Origin: Octopus sinensis
Taxonomy: Eukaryota
DNA: 64,000 bases
NCBI RefSeq assembly: GCF_006345805.1
Contig: NC_043009.1
Location: 14,570,001-14,634,000 of the forward strand
Direction of reading: 5' to 3'
This document shows positions 1 through 13,248 of the stretch, one piece after another. The notes under the pieces were generated by a model. That model did not search any database and was not told the DNA's origin. It worked only from the letters and a program-made list of their open reading frames with translations. Position 1 is the stretch's first letter, and every line of letters starts with the position of its first letter. A program made the translations under genes and the position numbers.

Positions 1-944
1 TAGACGAAGATATGTATATAGTACGTATGAAGGTATGTATGCATGCGTGCATGTATATACTGTTCAGATAAGGCAAAGTAGAGCAAATTGTAGACATTTC
101 TATATTTCTCGTCAACATATCATACCCTGCTTTATATTTTAATTGAAATATTTCTAAGAAAGTAACCAAAAACGAAGTATCATGAGTAGCAGGAATTTCT
201 ATTAGGTTGTAGTTCAGATTTGACTCTAACTTCACCCCATACGGAGTAAACGATTCTTGCTATAGCCTTAGAATGAAACTGTGCGGAGTTTACACATAAC
301 GGTGTATGTGTGCGTGCGTGTGTGCGTGTTGACATGGATGTGTTTGTCTTTAAGTGTGTGAGCTTTTCTCCTGCGTGTAATGGTAAAGGATATACATGTC
401 TGGGAGAAGCAAAAAGCCCATAAGACACTTGAAATCTTCCTCGGCAAAAAAATAGAATAAACATTTTATTGGTGAGTTAGGAATCTGTAATCAATAAACC
501 TCACTTCACGAATTGTGATAACAAGAACGAAATGAAATGGACAAACAAGGCATAAAAAAAGGATAGAAATATTTGTTTTGAATTTGGTAAACAATGCCGC
601 GAATGCGAAAGTTAATAAGCCGGTGGGAACCGTAATCGATGAAGAAAAACTTCCGTATAGTATTTTATATTTAACATTGTGACAGCTACACCTGCGATGG
701 CAGACAAAAACGCAGTACAGACGGGAAAAAGTAAGAGTAGAAAAAATATAAGAAATAAAAAAAAAAATATAGCTTATGAAAAAGAAATCGCAGCTACGAT
801 AATATAAACTATCCTATGTAAATGTTTGAATTTCTATGTATTGTATTGTAAAAATGTAAATGTCACTACGGATACTAACATACAGTATATACAATGTATT
901 GATAATTAGCTACCACCGGCACAACCACCAATAACTAAAACTAA

Positions 945-991
945 TAATAATAATGATAATAGTAATAATAACAATAATAATAATAATAGTA

Positions 992-1037
<46 letters not shown>

Positions 1038-1075
1038 TAATAATAATAACAATAATGATAATAACAACAACAACA
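945..1075. repeat. (AAT)n microsatellite, imperfect
   Basis: Direct reading; source of the poly-I/poly-Y ORF-track entries. Confidence 0.95.
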
Positions 1076-1570
1076 AATACCCTGATGCAGTACAAGGCAG
1101 TTGCTCTCATGGCTTCTGATCATAACTGATTGAAAGTGTTATCACGTACATTATTTTGTCTTGGTATAACAGATGGGCTACAGCAAATATTCTACTTAAT
1201 GCCACAGATTTGCTTGTCAGTTGTTTAACCATAACCAGTTGAGCAAAAGTAGTGGGGGAGCATCATAGCCATGTGTTGAAAGGAATTCTTTGGGGTTTGG
1301 ATAATTCAACTTTGGAAACATGGGTGTTTCGTTCAACACCCTTAAACAACCCTTATACAGGGACCTTTTGAGCTCCTCGGCCAGAAGAAAATTCTAACTG
1401 GGCCTTATCTACAAGTTCATGCGCTGTTTATCTTGATATGAGATCACCATATCGTGTACATATAGTTGTGAAGCATGTGCCTTGTGTACCCTTATCAGAC
1501 GGATAGTCATGATGGGCTCCGTATATTTTATCCCAGTATCACTTTGTTAGCGTGCACTGCTCTCTCACTC
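1076..1570 (+). mobile_element. AAT-embedded ~557-bp non-coding interspersed element, copy 1 (internal deletions)
   Basis: Colinear with 14843-15399 from aatrccctgatgcagtac to ctctctcactc; (AAT)n on both sides. Confidence 0.85.
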
Positions 1571-1580
1571 AATAATAATG

Positions 1581-1631
<51 letters not shown>

Positions 1632-1730
1632 TTAATAATAATAATAATAATAATAATAATGATAATAATAATAATAACAGCAACAACAACAATAATAATT
1701 ATAATGATAATAATAATAATAAAAAAACTA

Positions 1731-1805
<75 letters not shown>
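1571..1805. repeat. (AAT)n microsatellite
   Basis: Direct reading. Confidence 0.95.
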
Positions 1806-1806
<1 letters not shown>

Positions 1807-3180
1807 TAGACAGGAAAATACGCAAGCTGCTGAGTTGTAATAGGATGCACCACCCAAAGGCAGACGTAGATCGCCTTTACCTTCCCAGAGCCCAAGGAGG
1901 TCGAGGCCTGATCCATTTCGAACTAGTTTACAAAACAACCACAATTGGACTGGCCAAATATCTTGAAATAACGAATGACTGGATGCTAAAGCTCGTGGAA
2001 AATCACGAGTGACGAAAGAAGCTTCATTCTATCATAAAGGAAAGCAAAATATTTGCTATTGTGGCCCGCAGCAAACAAGCTGATGTTGACCAGAAGCAAA
2101 ACCATCAGTGGCTACGGAGCTCAGGGCTAAAAGCAGAGAGCGAATGGTAAACAGCTGGAAACACTACTACAGACAGTACATGGATTTACCAAAGAAATAA
2201 ATATGAAATTTGGCTTAGAAAAATGTACTAAAGCAACCTTGAAAAGAGGAAAACTAGTTAAGAGCAGCAACGTCACTCTAGATAATGCAAATGAAATATG
2301 AGAATTAGATGAGGTTTCATCCTGGCTGCTCAAGATCAAAGCCTATTAACCCGGAACTACCAGGCCAATGTAATGAAAAATGGAGCAGACCCAAAATGCC
2401 GATTCTGCAATGACATGATTGAAACAGTGGACCACCTAATCTCTGGATGTAAAGTCTTAGCACCAGTGGAGTATAAATTAAGGCATGGCAGAGTTGGCCA
2501 ATATCTACACTGGCTAATAAGTCGGCATTACAATATCAAAACTGCCGACAAGTGGTATAATCACCACCCTGAAGCAGTAACTGAAGGAGAAACTGTAACG
2601 ATTCTGTGGGACTTTCCAGTACATACAGACCGAATCATCAAAGCCAATAAACCAGATATTGTTGTGAAAGACCAAAACAATAATGTTTGCTTATTGATCG
2701 ACATGAGCATCCCCTGTGATCATAATATCTCGGTGAAAGAGTTTGACAAGCTCAGAAAATATAAAGACCTGCTCATTGAAATTGAGAAAATGTGGCATCT
2801 CAAGGCGGTTACAATACCAGTGATCGTAGGAGCACTAGGAATGATCAAGAAGGGAACCGAAAATTATTTGAGAATGATCCCTGGCTTACCATCCCTGCAA
2901 GAAGTGCAAAAGATTGTCTTAACTGGTACATCACACGTATTGAGAAGAGCATTGTCGCTGTGAGAGCTGTTGCTGCTCATGTATTTTAATTTAACCTTTA
3001 AAAAAAATAATTAAAAAATGAATGATCTATTGAGTTTGGTTTAATGGCCTACCAATGCATACTATGAGTTTCTTTGCCCTAGGAGTCGGGAAGACGCTCG
3101 GCAAGAAATGGAAGCAAATTTGAAAGAAGAAGAAAAAAGAAATAAAAATAATAATAAAAAATAAAAATAATAATAATAAT
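1806..3180 (+). mobile_element. 5'-truncated R4/Dong-clade non-LTR retrotransposon (RT thumb, CCHC finger, restriction-like endonuclease, 3' UTR, AAT tail)
   Basis: HPKADVDRLYLPRAQGGRGL; CRFC..ETVDHLISGC; WDFPVHTD..ANKPDIVVKD..LIDMSIP..KYKDLLIEIEKMW..IPVIVGALG (ORF 2373-2963); 3' UTR ends in (AAT)n; stops and deletions present. Confidence 0.9.
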
Positions 3181-3506
3181 AGTGAGGAAGCATCATTGCC
3201 GTGTGTTGAAAGGAATTCTTAGAGGTTTGTAAACATGGGTGGTTCGTTCAACATCCTTAACAATCAATACTCAGGGACCTTTTGAGTGGGATGGGCTACT
3301 CGACCAGCCAGAAGAAAATTCTAACTGGGCCCCACCTGCAAGTTCATGCGCTGTTTATCTCGATATAAGATCACCATGTCGCACACATATGGTTGTGATG
3401 CATGTGCCTAGTGTACCCTTATCAGACGGGTAGTCATGATGGGTATACTGAGCTTCGTATATTTTATCCCAGTGTCACTTTGATGGCATGCACTACTCTC
3501 TCACTC
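3181..3506 (+). mobile_element. AAT-embedded element, copy 2 (5'-truncated, 3' end intact)
   Basis: Matches the 3' ~60% of 14843-15399 and ends ctctctcactc(aat)n. Confidence 0.85.
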
Positions 3507-3544
3507 AATAATAATAATAATGATAATAATAATAATATTAATAA

Positions 3545-3720
3545 TCTTTTCTACTATAAGCAAAAAACCTGGAATTTGTGGAGAGAGGGATAGTCTATTA
3601 CATCGGCCCAAGTATGCGACGGATACTTAATCTATCGTCCCCTAAAGAATAAAAGTCAAATTCTACCTCGACGAAATTTGAACACAGAATGTAGTTACTG
3701 ATAAGATACCGCTAACGATT
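3545..3720 (-). mobile_element. Decayed tRNA-type SINE (family B) fragment
   Basis: Reverse complement resembles 13014-13248 and 52335-52720 (aaatttgaacacagaatgtag, acctcgacgaaattt). Confidence 0.6.
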
Positions 3721-3724
3721 AGAT

Positions 3725-3769
3725 ACTATTATTATTATTATATTATTATTATTATTACTATTATTATTA

Positions 3770-3836
<67 letters not shown>

Positions 3837-3840
3837 TTTA

Positions 3841-3871
<31 letters not shown>

Positions 3872-3888
3872 CATTATTATCATTATCA

Positions 3889-3922
<34 letters not shown>

Positions 3923-3965
3923 CATCATCATTATCATTATTGTTGTTTTTGCCGTTGTTATTATT
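3725..3965. repeat. (ATT)n/(ATC)n microsatellite
   Basis: Direct reading. Confidence 0.95.
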
Positions 3966-3974
3966 TATGTTAAT

Positions 3975-4186
3975 ATGTTTTGTCTTGGTGTACAAGATGT
4001 TTTACAGCAAATGTTCTACTTAATACCACAAATTTACTTGTCAGTTGTTTGACCGTAACCAGTTGAGTATGTCCCTTAGTGGCTGGCGATATGTGCATCT
4101 CTGATCACGAGCAGAAGTAGTGGGTGAGTTTCATAGCTATGTGCTGAGAGAAATTCTTTGGGGTTAGAACAATTCATCTCCAGAAA
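3975..4186 (+). mobile_element. AAT-embedded element, copy 3 (internal fragment)
   Basis: tgttttgtcttggt...ctctgatcacgagcagaagtagtggg matches the middle of 14843-15399. Confidence 0.8.
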
Positions 4187-4194
4187 TATGAGGC

Positions 4195-4510
4195 TATGTG
4201 AAAAGTACGGCCTGAACAAAGCACCGAAATTGTACGAAGACGAACGAGAAAGAGTCACGAAGAGTAAGGATTATAAGTTACTGTGAAATTTTCAATCCAA
4301 TGTGACTCCATCGTCGATGCTCCGAGACCAGATATTCTGTGGTAGATAAAGGAAAAAGAAAACCGAGATTATCGGTATTGCAATACCTGGGGATGCACGC
4401 ATCAGTCACAACAACAAGAAAAGAGTGAAAAGTACGCAGTACTAATAGAAGAAATTGAAAGAATGCGGACTATAGAGAGACTGTCGATAATCCCAATAGT
4501 TGTAGGGCAT
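4195..4510 (+). mobile_element. R4/Dong RLE endonuclease fragment (frameshifted)
   Basis: Hand translation LCEKYGL..; RPDI..VDKGK..IIGIAIPGDARI..EKY..L.EEIERM..IPIVVG. Confidence 0.7.
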
Positions 4511-4599
4511 AATTTTGATAAATATGTCAGACCATTTCCGTCCCGAAACACCATGTACAAAAGAATTTAAATAAATTAAATAATACCGGTATTAATCAA

Positions 4600-6615
4600 C
4601 CCAAGAATAACAAATGGGAAGTGCGTACGTTAAACTTACTATACAGAATGTACTAAAAACTACATGTACAAAACCATTTAACACTAGATATGAATGGACT
4701 GGTACCCCACGAGAATGATGATCGTCAAAATAAAGGGCCGAATATTTTCCTCATGTCCCGCAAATAAATTCCAAAAATGCCATACAATATCACCTGGCTA
4801 CATTATATAATATATGCAGTTGCCACTGTGGCCACAAAAGAAGCTCGATACTCCCTGAAACCCATCGAAATAGGAGTACCACCACCAAGACAAACCCTGT
4901 GGATAAATTATATCCAGAAAAAGATAGAAAGCAAGAGATCTGTCAATCCTTAACGAAACTAGTAGAAAGCAATACTAATAAGCAACAAGAAGAGAACAAA
5001 AATACTGTGCGAATACGAAATTACAGAAAATTGTCTACCTGAGGTAAAAGAACAACTAAAGTAAGATATATTTGACAAAGCACAAAGGATCCGCCGGTAT
5101 GAGAAACGTTAAAGTTTCTTTGAACAAAACAAACAGTTCAACTCCAACCCCTAAATATTCTACGAAGAACTTGGCAAAAATATATTAGACATCAATGCAG
5201 CACCAACAGCAGAAGAAGTGGAATAATTTTGGAAAGAAATGTGGTCGGCGAAAGAACAACCTTAAAAGAGGTCTATCAAAACAACGAACTCAGCACCTGA
5301 ACAACTCTGGACCCTATAACAACTAAAGAGGTCACCCAGGCACTGCAAAACTAAGCAACTGGAAGACACTCGGGTACGATATGATCCACAACTTCTAGTT
5401 AAAATATCTGACAGGATCTCATAAAAACCTGGCTGAGGAATTTAATGATATACTAGCAGAGCCAGAGATAATGTCTGAACGGCTCACGAAAATGAAAACT
5501 ATACTAATACCCAAATTCACTGAAACGGCAAACCCACAAAATTATAGGCTATTAACTTGTCTCCCTAATATTTACAAAGACTTTACTGCAATAATATCGC
5601 AGAGAATGAGCAAGCACTTGGAAGAAAACAATCTGTTATCAGAAGAGCAGAAGGGATGCTGCAAGGGCTCAAACAGCTGTAAATATCAACTAATGATCAA
5701 TAAAGCCATAACTGAAGATAGCCGCAGAATGAATAAGGGTCTACGTATGGCCTGGACCGACAAACAAAAGGCTTTTGACAGCATTTCCGACACATGGATC
5801 CTAGAAATACTAGCCATGACCAAGGTGGCACCATTAAACATAAAATATATAAAACATTCCATGAATAAATGCAGACTATGCTACAGCTCCGACCAAAAGA
5901 AGGATTCATAAAAACCAAAGCAATCCCCATTAGAAGAGAAATATTCCAGGAGACATGCACTCTCCACTCCTTTTCTGCTTGGCAGTGGCACCTTTATCTG
6001 ACATGCTAAACAGAACTGCGAATACAACTGTTAATGCAAAACAATCGTCCACCTCTTACATATGGATGACCTACGCTACAAATGGTAAACAGCTGGAAAC
6101 ACTACTACAAACAGTACATGGATTTACCAAAGAAATAAATATGAAATTTGGCTTAGAAAAATGTACTAAAGCAACCTTGAAAAGAGGGAAACTAGTTAAG
6201 AGCAGCAACGTCACTCTAGATAATGCAAATGAAATATGAGAATTAGACCAAAGCCAGACATTAAAATTCTTAGGAATCAATGTACCAGATACGATACAAT
6301 GCACAAATGAAAGAGAAAATCAAAAACCAATACTATAGACGAGTTAGATTAATACTGAAAACAGAGCTCAGTGTGAAAAACAAGATAATAGATATCAACA
6401 CGTTAGCCGTCCCAGATTTAAGTTACAGCTAGAATATCCTTAACTGGACACTAAATGAACTAACCAGAATAGACATGTAAACAAGAAAAATAATGACTGG
6501 ATTTAGGATGCACCTCCCAAAATCTGATATCGTACGGTTATATATATACAATGTATAGGTGTTACAGGCCTTATACAGCTAGAAAACGATTACAAAATAA
6601 CCACTATAGACGTAA
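4600..6615 (+). mobile_element. R4/Dong ORF relic: N-terminal region through RT and thumb
   Basis: KAQRIRRYEK..QNKQFNSNP; NYRLLTCLPNIYK; LSEEQKGC; AWTD.QKAFDSI; SPLLFCLAVAPLS; YMDD; INMKFGLEKC; many stops. Confidence 0.88.
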
Positions 6616-7019
6616 TAGCAGTCATAATGATATTTGTTATAAGAAGCAAGATATACATGTTATTCAGTGATACGTAATCGAAGAAGGGTGTACAAAGCAG
6701 TACGGGCACACACTTAAATTCTGTCTACAAGATTATTTGTATCAAGGAATGTATGTGATAAAATAATGGAGATGGTAGAGATGATATAGGTCACATTTAC
6801 CTATAGCAGATCAGATAGGGTGCTACTTAATTAATTAGGGAATTCAAGAAAGAATCCGAAAGCAATATTATTTATATTATTAATATGTATTTGCTGCCGG
6901 TGAAAAGTTGAGCAGAAATGTCCTAAAAATTGTCCGTTGATGATATGAAAAACTACCAGCAAAGAATATCTCATTAAGAAATATGCAATAATATAACCGT
7001 ATCAATTATTAAAAAATGA

Positions 7020-7100
7020 ATGACGAAATGCGGCGCCCGATTTAGGGATCAAGCATATGATCTTATGATCATGAGTCCATCATCCTGACCACTAGTCTGT
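7020..7100 (-). mobile_element. Decayed tRNA-type SINE head (family C)
   Basis: Reverse complement ctagtggtcaggatgatggactcatgatc..gatccctaaatcgggcgccg resembles 31735-31810. Confidence 0.45.
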
Positions 7101-7349
7101 CAGCTTTCGTAAACTACCATAGGGATATTGGATGTGGTAACATCAGTGATAATCTCAGAATATATAAAATTACTTCATACAGAATATAGGAAAGGAGCCA
7201 TTTTCTTGCTGTGAAACGGAAAACGAAGGAAAGATAGTTAAGATGATGAATTGATATCGAAATACAGATGCAAATCCGGTCAAACTAGAACTATTTCATA
7301 AAATATCGATGAATAGGCTTTTAAAGAACAGCAAAGCAAAAGTAAAGAT

Positions 7350-7980
7350 GTTCCCTGAAATGTGTAAATGAATCCACATCATAGAAAGCGAGATATAAAG
7401 TGTTATTCAGGAAAAGCAAGAGAAAAAATAACCAAGGCCTATCAATAGTGTAAAAAGATGCATATATGGAAACAAATGTGGAAATGGCATATTAAGTAGC
7501 AACACATATTATAAATGGATAATTATCGAACACAAGGGGGCGATCAGGAAACAATATTGTTATATTAAAAAAGGAGCAGAATATGTAATGTTCCAGGATG
7601 GAGAAGAGGAGAAACTTTATGACAAAAATATCAGAATAAATGCGATATCAATTAATGAAGTACTAGGAATTAAGAATGAATAATAAAGAATGATATTATT
7701 CAATAGCGTGCTTACAAAATCTTTCAGAATTGAAGTTTCAGCAGAGTAAAGATAACACTTTAGAGATTTGTATTAAAACAGCCATGGATGGTTAATTTTG
7801 ACATGAATTCATCAAAAATTATCTCACCACCAAATGTTAGAATAGTAATGAAAAGAAAAAGAAGTAGAAAAATTTTGGGATGCTAAAAATGATCAGTTTT
7901 TTGCAAACTTTTAAAAGAAATAATTCAACTTCTATAAAATATTTGATGAATTTGTTCGAAGGTGTAACACAGCAGTGATA
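7350..7980 (+). mobile_element. Possible ancient APE-endonuclease LINE relic
   Basis: Purine-rich decayed frame with GG..G.ILLYIKKGAEY-like segment; motifs incomplete. Confidence 0.25.
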
Positions 7981-8796
7981 AACTTCGCAGCTCCCTGGGG
8001 GGAGGGGGTAAGGTGGGACTGGCTGGAAGTGACTCAATCGAATATAAAACCGGATGAGATGTAATGACTACATTGGGAAAGCTAAAAGGGACAGAGAAAG
8101 AAATACAGGAATTGTGACAATGAGATTCCACCGATTCTCGGAGTCTGTTATGACTTCAAACACCGAACAAAATAACGACTGAACCACCGTTTCCCTGCGG
8201 AACATAGCAGGATCAGCAAGACACAATACTCAGAGGTAGAAATGCTGACGCCAACTAGCTCATGGGAAGAGGGCTGCAAAATAAGTTATTTACTTTTGGA
8301 AAAATGCATATATTAAGTGTTGGGAACAGTTACTAATATGAAATAAGTACTTCCACCATTAATAACGAGGACGGAAATAACATTGTATAAACAACAAAGA
8401 CAGTAGTATGGTGAAAACTATTTAAAATATAGATGCCTTTCTCTTCCTCTGCTTAGAAACGTTTAGGTTACAAACTCTTTTACTTCTAAAAGGATGCAAT
8501 ATCGGGAGCGTTTCTTAAACATCTATTCCTTGTCCGTTCTTCTGAATGTACACGTAATTGGGCTAAACTAAAGGAAATCAGCATCTTTACATATATGTTA
8601 ATTGCAATTTCACTTCTTTAATAATCTCAGAAATTCTCGTAGATGTGTTTTAAATGTACGCTTAATACATTTTTTCATGCAGATTTATTCGCATGCTTTT
8701 TCCCGTGCAAGTATTATTTTATTTCCACCAACATATCTATTCGAATCTTTCGGCCATCTTGTTCAGGCCCAAATATATCCACGCCAGCATACTACT

Positions 8797-8797
8797 T

Positions 8798-8890
<93 letters not shown>
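8797..8890. repeat. (TA)n-(CA)n-(TA)n compound microsatellite
   Basis: Direct reading. Confidence 0.95.
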
Positions 8891-8891
<1 letters not shown>

Positions 8892-9069
8892 GGTTTAAGA
8901 GACAGAATCATCCTCAAGCAACTCAATCATCATTGAATGACATTATCAACAATATGTACATATCGGACTAAATATTAAAATTATGAAAATTAATACCTAC
9001 AATTCTTATTCCAAATTATCAAAATTAATACCTTCAATTCTTATTACAAATCATATTCTTTACATTATC

Positions 9070-9174
9070 TAGACTACGCGTGTTTCATGACAACATATTC
9101 CTCGATTTTGCTGAAATTGAATGTCTCTATACAATGCTATATTAAAACGATTATATTGCCAACCTTCAGGTCTA
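9070..9174 (-). ncRNA. Type I hammerhead-like motif with long stem II insert (core CUGAAGG, A9G)
   Basis: Stem I UAGAC/GUCUA; stem II UGGCAAUAUA/UAUGUUGUCA; GAAA; palindromic ACGCGU; triplet GUA. Confidence 0.6.
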
Positions 9175-9977
9175 TCTTATAGGTATTTTGCTATAAACAT
9201 CCTATATTAAGACATGACTAACTAAAATTATATAACTAGAAGTTGTTGGAATAATTTTACTTTAGTAAATAATGAACAGAAATGTGGAATAAAAGTAGGA
9301 AAAATGTTAGTAGAAAGAAATGTTAACTTATCTGTTTCGTAATTTTCTCTCCATGAATTATGCATGACTACCAGCAATCGTATAATCCGAGATAGAGAGC
9401 TACTTTGTAGGGGAGATAATTCTTATTAACATTTACAAGTTCTTAAAAGGTATTATCTATTATTTATAATAATAATAATAATAATAAATCAGAAGCCAGA
9501 AGTGAGTGTATGGTTAATTAATTTTTTTATTTGTTAACTTTGATAAATAATACATTTCTAGGTTTGTAAATTGGTAAACTAAATTACTCAAAATATAATT
9601 TTAAAATATTTTAAATTAAGTAAAAGTCAGTAAAAATTAGTAAAAATCAGTAAAAATCTAATTTTTTGTTATTTCTATAATTATAATACAATTGATATGT
9701 ATTGATTATACTATTATTCTTAAAGTTGGCGTTATTCTTAAACTTGAGTTTCTAAATTAAGATTAAACATTTTGAATAATACCATCTAATAAATTTTTAT
9801 TAAGAAATTAAAATATCTGAAATTAGAAGTTAATTAAATATTATCTTACATTTACATATAAATAAGTAGATATATTCTAGTTGTACTAAATCATAAAATA
9901 TTATTATACATTATATCTAAATGAGTGAAACCAATAAAAGGACCAATGAAATAAAGGCGGGAAAACAGAAAGAAAAT

Positions 9978-10325
9978 TCACAGTGACAATGCATTTCTCA
10001 ATACGTGTGACGTACCAGCTAAGACAATCTTTTGCCCTTTCTGCATGGATATAAGCCAGTGATCAATCTTAAATACCTTTTAGTTCATTTTTTGATCATT
10101 ACAAGTGATCCTAAATTACTGGTATTGTAACCGTCTTGAGATGCCACATATTTTCGATTTCGATTAGCAAATTTATATTTTATACAGATTATCAAATACT
10201 TTCGCCGAGATATTATATTCATAGGGTATGCTCATATTAATCAATAAGCACATTCTATTGCTTTTGTCTTTCACAACAATATCTGGTTTGATGGTCCGGT
10301 CTTTACATACTGGGAAGTTTCAAAG
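9978..10325 (-). mobile_element. R4/Dong RLE C-terminal fragment
   Basis: Reverse strand resembles 2610-2963 (KPDIVVKD..LLINMSIP..LIEIE.MWHLKTVTIP..IVLAGTSHVLRNALSL*). Confidence 0.85.
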
Positions 10326-10483
10326 AAAAGTTACATTTTCTCCTTCTATCACATCCTCAGGGTGGTGCATGTATTATTTGTCAGCAGTTTTGATTTTATA
10401 ATGCCGACATATTATCAAATGTATATATTGGCCTACTCTGTCATGTCTTCATTTGTACACGGCAGGTGCAAAAACGTTATAGA

Positions 10484-10734
<251 letters not shown>

Positions 10735-10735
<1 letters not shown>

Positions 10736-11525
10736 ACTTTTAATCTGCATGTTTCTTACAATCAATCACCGAGACACACCCAGCATCCTTGGACGAGTGA
10801 AGGATAAAAGATGTTACAGTATGACCTGAAGCTTGGGGAGGCAAGTCGCAGGCGCAGTATCGAAATATCTTCATGTAATACAACTCATATATTTAAATCG
10901 ATAGTATTTTTCTAAGAAGGTAGACAGTACTTGTCAGCACAATCTTTTGTATTTCTCTGACACATGGTTCTCATGGGATATTATCTAGATATTTTTGACA
11001 TCCCTTTCTTATTATACCTATGGTACCCATAAAAGCAGGAACAATTTTCGTTTTAAGATGCCACAGCTTTTGTATTTCAATTTCCAGGTTCTTATATTTA
11101 CTTAATTAGTCAAATTCCTTCACAGATACACTTTTATCAGTTGGAACACTTACATCATTTAGTCAACAAGTATTTTCTTCCCTGTCTTTAATGACTATGT
11201 CCAGGTCCTTATATTTGCTTAATTTGTCGAATTCCTTTACAGATATACTTTTATTAGTGGGAACACTTACATCTATTGGTCTACAAGTATTTTCTTCCCC
11301 GTCTTTAATAATTATGTGTTTTCGATTAGCCTAGGTCGTTCTCTCTGCGTTGACTGTAAAATACCAGAGGATAGTGACATTTTTACCTTCAATGAATGGT
11401 TCAGGATGATGTTCATATCAGTAAGCAGGAGTGATGCTTTTATAGTGTTTACATATTTTCCAATGTAAATAATGTCCTACCCTATCGTGGCGCTTTTTGT
11501 ATTCGTTTTGTGTCGGCACAGGTTT
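10735..11525 (-). mobile_element. R4/Dong 3' fragment (RLE, 3' UTR, AAT tail) with 117-bp internal tandem duplication
   Basis: EYKKRHDRVGHYLHW; IDVSVPTNKSISVKEFDKLSKYKDL repeated; EIEIQKLWHLKT; tail is (AAT)n on the minus strand. Confidence 0.85.
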
Positions 11526-12204
11526 GCTATTGTAGCATGATTGCGAAATATCCCGTTTCGTGTTGTATGTGAGTGTGATATGCTTGCATTTTCCTTTTGT
11601 TGAAATGTAAATTTAGTTGTTGTGGTTTTGGTTTATGCAATTTCTGTAGACCATTTTCTTTGTCCCTTTGGAGACCGCTCGCCGAGAATATCGAACGACG
11701 ATGAAGATGGTTGACTAATAGATGTGTATGTGTCATTTGTATCAGTTTTGGTAGTGATGTTGCTGGTAATGTTAGTGTTCGTTTTGTGATGAGGGTACCC
11801 TAGTGGGGCTTCCTCTTTCAAGAGTGTGCCCATGAAACACTTTTGCTGTTTTAACAGGGGCAACATTTTCTTCTGCTAGTTGGTGTTAATGTGGTTTTAG
11901 TAGTAAGGGAGTTTTTGTTATCTTTTCCTGATGGCAGAAACTTTTCTTTTGATTGTTGCTTACGCGTGGGTAGAAACAAGACTGTCTAATTCTACAAATA
12001 AGTCTTACAGTATCTCTCTGCTCTCGTGGTTGATTAGGTCAAAGGTCTTATGAAAATAATCGAGTTTATTAATGACATTTTCTTTTTCGGGGTAGGTAAA
12101 TTTTATGGCGGAGAGTGTATTTGAGAATGTTACCTTAATTACAAGACTCCTTAGATACGTTGAGTGTTGTAAATACCTATCTGAGGAGTATGTAGTTAAA
12201 CGCA

Positions 12205-12586
12205 TGAATGGCTGTGTGGTAAGAAGCTTGCTTCCTAACCACATGGTTGCGTGTTCAGTCCCACTGCGTGGCACCTTGGTCAAGTGTCTTTTACTATAAT
12301 CTTGGGCCTACCAAACCCCTGTGAGTGGATTTAGTAGACGGAAACGGAAAGCAATCCGTCGTATATATATGTGTGTGTGCGTGTGTTTCTACGTTTGCCC
12401 TCAACATCGCTTGACAACCGATGTTGGCGTGTTTACGCCCCCAGTACATGGAAATTCGGCAAAAGATACAGATAGAATAAGTACTAGGTTTACGAAGAAG
12501 ACGTCGGCAGTCGATATACAAAAAAGAAGACATTTGAAGGCGGTTTTCCAACATGGCCGCAGTCAAATGACTGAAACAAGTAAAGC
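12205..12586 (+). mobile_element. tRNA-type SINE family A, near full length
   Basis: tggctgtgtggtaag..ttcagtcccactgcgtggcacc..cagtcaaatgactgaaacaagtaa; colinear with 62669-63077. Confidence 0.9.
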
Positions 12587-13013
12587 ATTAAATATAGTGG
12601 CTATTTTTTAAGCTTCCTCTTCATTGAAGCATATGGCAAACATGGTGCGATAAGCGCTTTCCCTTGTCCCATGTCACATTCAAATATCAAGAATCTTTGA
12701 AACATTTCTACACCAGGACTGTCGTCGCATTATTTATTGTCTTTCTGATTTTATTAATGCAGCTATAGATTATTGTCCTTATGTTGTATAGTTTTATTTT
12801 AATAGTAAACACTATCTACTTTCCTTATGAACTCACTGTCTAGGGTACGTGTTATCGTTGTGGTGTAAATTTTGCGAATATGTCAGTCGTTATTATATTG
12901 GCAATGGAAGGGATAGGGTTAATTTTAAGGCACAACATATTAGGCTGCTGCTCTTAGTATTGTAGCTTAACGTGGTCATATTGTTGTTATTGTCAATTCT
13001 GGTATTGCTATTG

Positions 13014-13248
13014 ATAAGGCGGAGAGTTGGCAGAGACGTTAGCACGCCGGGCGAAACGCTTGGCGATATTTCGTCTGCCGTTACGCTCTGAGTTCAAATT
13101 CCGCCGACGTCGACTTTGCCTTTCCTCCTTTCGGGGTCAATAAATTAAGTACCAGCTACGCAGTGGGGTCGATATAATCGACTTAATCCGTTTGTCTGTC
13201 CTTGTTTGTCCTCTCTGTGTTTAGCCTCTTGTGGATAGTAAAGAAATA
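13014..13248 (+). mobile_element. tRNA-type SINE family B with 13-bp target-site duplication
   Basis: B-box-like gagttcaaattcc; TSD ggtattgctattg at 13001-13013 and 13249-13261. Confidence 0.9.

Noticed and set aside
8130-8260. FKHR..RLNHRF string resembling a GIY-YIG segment
   Set aside because: Too short, has a stop, and lacks flanking motifs
8978-9047. 35-bp tandem duplication (similar small ones near 22708-22745 and 56800-56860)
   Set aside because: Ordinary slippage-type duplications with no further structure
11526-12960. Coding-like minus-strand stretch interrupted by a SINE
   Set aside because: Multiple stops and no motif I could assign; possibly an old TE N-terminus but unsupported
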